The translations under genes were made by a program, and so were the position numbers. 35,377 nucleotides of DNA from Bacteroidota bacterium (GTDB lineage: Bacteria; Bacteroidota; Bacteroidia; CAILMK01; JACPUW01), in assembly GCA_020437725.1 (NCBI GenBank), contig JAGQWA010000002.1:1-35377 (forward strand), in the 5' to 3' direction. Positions within the stretch are counted from its first letter, which is position 1; the number at the start of each line of letters is the position of its first letter. Below the pieces are notes generated by a model, which was not told the origin of the DNA, ran no database searches, and saw nothing but the letters and a program-made list of their open reading frames with translations. Below are positions 33,305-35,377 of the stretch, in pieces.

Positions 33305-35144
33305 AAGAATTCTTTTTCCCGAAACCATAAAAAAGCTGCCCCCAAAAGCTTTTCGGAAACTCATCAATATCATCGAAACCGAGTTCTATTTCGCCATTTT
33401 GGGTGTCTTTAATATAATTGGTTCCGAAAAGATAATCCCAAATACTAAGGCTAATGCCAAAGTTAACACCAGGCATTTGTCCTTTGGGTAGGGCCTTAAC
33501 ATGGTGCCATAAATGCATTACTGGATTATTGAAAATGTACTTAAACGGACCATAAGTCCAGTTAAGATTGGCGTGGTTTAAGTGGCCAATGGCAATGGCA
33601 ATGTAATGCACTATAAAAGCATCTTTTGGCTCGCCACCAACCAAAAGCATTACTACAAGGGTTTTGAGTGGTTTGTAGAAAATATTTTCCATCCAATGGT
33701 AGCGCAAATGCGCCGCAAAACCCATTTCTTGCACCGAATGATGCACCTTGTGGAATCTCCATAAGAACTCGAACCTGTGCAGCATAACGTGGGTAAACCA
33801 CTGCACAAAATCGTTGAGAATAAAGAAAATGAGCAGCCCTAACCATGGCGCCATTTCTTTAATGTTGATGATTGCTATATCATCGGTTTCATATCCAAGC
33901 CAAGAACCTGTCAGTGCCGATAATTCAAATAACCCTTCTATCGCAAACCTGAATATATAGAAGTTGAAAAACATGTAGAAAGCATCTAACCAAAAATCCT
34001 TTCGAATCTTCTGTTGATTCTTGCGCCAAGGAAACAGCATTTCAAGAGCCCATACAACTAGGGAGAGAATTACCAACCACCAGAAATAATTCACATACCA
34101 ATTGTTGTATTGAAATGTAATTTCTTTCCAGATGTAAACTCCATAATTTGAATAAGCTTTAAGTATTGAATCTAAAAAACTTTGAAAAACGCTTGAGTTT
34201 GCAGTAATCATTTTTTTATCCTGTTTAGTAGTTGAAATTTCTTCTTTTGGTGTTAGAACGAATGAACCTGTTTCAAAAGGCAAGTTGGTTGCACTCCATT
34301 CAATCCACGAGCCATCATAATTTCTTACTTGTGTGTAACCCAATAGCTGAGTAAGTACAAACGTGGTATGGGCTGATCGAACTCCTGAATGACAATAAAT
34401 AACGGCAGGCTCATCTTTCTTTAGGCCCAAACTGGCCATTTTTCGCTGCAAATAATCCAGCTCGCGCAGCTTTTTGTTTCCATCATAATAAACACTATTG
34501 GCCCAATCGTAGAGCACACTGCCTTTAATTCTACCCGGTTTTGCAGCACCGTCTTTCTGTTTTTCTCCTAAATACTCTTCAGTGGTTCTGGTATCAATTA
34601 ATGGCACTTTGCCATGTTTTACTAATTCTTCTACCCCACTTCTATCAATTTGAAGACTTTGATCTTCTTCATTTTCAAAAACAAATTGCGTGGGTTTTCT
34701 TTCCGTTTTGGTTGTTTCAACTTCAAAGCCAGCGTTCTGCCATTCTACCAGTCCACCATCAAGCAATTGCACATTTTTAAAGCCGTAGCCATACATAATC
34801 CACCAAAAGCGAGCAGCATCGCAATTGCCTTTGGCATCATAAGCAATAATGGGTTGGGTATGCGTAATGCCTAACGAACTCAACAACTCAGCCATTTGCG
34901 CTTTGCTGGCTTTCATTCCGCCAACCGAGTTTGCTGCATCTTGAATGTCAGGACGCCAAATTTGAACTGCACTTGTAATATGACCTTCAGCAAACTCTTC
35001 AGGTTTTCTCACATCAAGCAACTGCACATTTTCGGTTTGCATTTTTACCTGTAGTTCTTCTACAGAAACCAGTGGTTCAACCTGTGCTTTTGCTTGCAGC
35101 GAACCAATTATCAACCCTAAAACCCAAATAAACCTTGTGCGCAT
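33303..35144 (-). CDS. fusion protein: signal peptide + tandem rhodanese (sulfurtransferase) domains + membrane fatty-acid hydroxylase/sterol desaturase-family domain
   Basis: The N-terminus is MRTRFIWVLGLIIGSLQAKAQ. Rhodanese 1 contains LLDVRKPEEFAEGHI. Rhodanese 2 has the active-site loop IYCHSGVRSAHT (Cys codon at 34392-34394, residue 251). TM helices follow, then the His boxes HVMLH, HKVHHS, HLRYHW, HLNHAN and HLWHH of the FA_hydroxylase family. Confidence 0.85.
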   Translation of the reverse strand: MRTRFIWVLGLIIGSLQAKAQVEPLVSVEELQVKMQTENVQLLDVRKPEEFAEGHITSAVQIWRPDIQDAANSVGGMKASKAQMAELLSSLGITHTQPIIAYDAKGNCDAARFWWIMYGYGFKNVQLLDGGLVEWQNAGFEVETTKTERKPTQFVFENEEDQSLQIDRSGVEELVKHGKVPLIDTRTTEEYLGEKQKDGAAKPGRIKGSVLYDWANSVYYDGNKKLRELDYLQRKMASLGLKKDEPAVIYCHSGVRSAHTTFVLTQLLGYTQVRNYDGSWIEWSATNLPFETGSFVLTPKEEISTTKQDKKMITANSSVFQSFLDSILKAYSNYGVYIWKEITFQYNNWYVNYFWWLVILSLVVWALEMLFPWRKNQQKIRKDFWLDAFYMFFNFYIFRFAIEGLFELSALTGSWLGYETDDIAIINIKEMAPWLGLLIFFILNDFVQWFTHVMLHRFEFLWRFHKVHHSVQEMGFAAHLRYHWMENIFYKPLKTLVVMLLVGGEPKDAFIVHYIAIAIGHLNHANLNWTYGPFKYIFNNPVMHLWHHVKALPKGQMPGVNFGISLSIWDYLFGTNYIKDTQNGEIELGFDDIDEFPKSFWGQLFYGFGKKNS

Positions 35145-35317
35145 TCGTCCAAATTTCAGTTCAAATAATGGAATTTAAAGCAAGCTTATGTGTAACTATT
35201 GTTACGATGGTGTTTCAACCGCAACGGATATATTGCAGCGGTGTAGTGGATTTTGGGAATTATTTATGGGGTTAGCCCCATCCCATTGGAGCCGTCTAAA
35301 AAGTGACAAAAGCCGTC

Positions 35318-35338
35318 ATTCTGAACTTGTTTCAGAAT
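35318..35338. repeat. perfect 8-bp hairpin (attctgaa-cttgt-ttcagaat), REP-like intergenic element
   Basis: The arms are 35318-35325 and 35331-35338. The motif resembles a hairpin (GTCATYCTGAA...TTCAGRAT) that I recall being dispersed in intergenic regions of Bacteroidota genomes. The window ends (35369-35377, agatcctga) in what could be the start of a second copy. Confidence 0.45.
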
Positions 35339-35377
35339 CTTGGAGTTCGGTTGACAGCCAGATGAATAAGATCCTGA

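Noticed and set aside
1-35377. I looked for tRNA, rRNA, integrase, transposase, prophage or toxin-antitoxin signatures that would mark a mobile island.
   Set aside because: I found none on either strand by eye. Gene content and composition look uniformly chromosomal. A tRNAscan/Infernal/ISfinder run would be needed to be certain.

Overview
This is an AT-rich chromosomal segment that looks like Bacteroidota. The basis is T9SS C-terminal sorting domains, an ECF-sigma/FecR/STN-TonB-receptor cassette, a WG-repeat protein, many lipobox lipoproteins and TAnnTTTG-type -7 motifs. I count about 38 protein-coding genes. I see no rRNA, tRNA, CRISPR array, integrase or transposase.

Gene content in order:
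- a partial Asp/Asn beta-hydroxylase;
- a decayed T9SS-CTD gene remnant;
- an SQR-like flavoprotein, a TusE/DsrC-like protein and a DsrE-like protein (a sulfur-relay trio), followed by MaoC and SRPBCC genes;
- an ECF sigma/FecR/TonB-transducer cassette in which fecR carries an A17 tract;
- an FMN reductase;
- a T9SS-secreted M43 metalloprotease;
- an AAA-ATPase/DUF4143 gene preceded by three 19-bp direct repeats;
- a tightly coupled six-gene operon with a convergent AraC regulator. Its genes are a ThrC-like PLP enzyme, DUF1611, a QueC-like PP-loop ATPase with an unrecognisable N-domain, a creatininase-family hydrolase, a dipeptide-epimerase-type enolase and a DUF486/DMT membrane protein;
- a TetR-linked operon of three uncharacterised envelope proteins;
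- a MerR/TipA regulator;
- a Dabb / mini-MscS / CPA2 operon;
- an orphan histidine kinase;
- lipoproteins and an ABM monooxygenase;
- a complex intergenic repeat array;
- a tandem-rhodanese::fatty-acid-hydroxylase fusion.

The six-gene operon (14017-19905) is my best candidate for an undescribed small-molecule pathway, probably acting on an amino acid or dipeptide.

All functional calls come from motif recognition by eye on the supplied translations and on my own reading of both strands. No database search or folding calculation was run.
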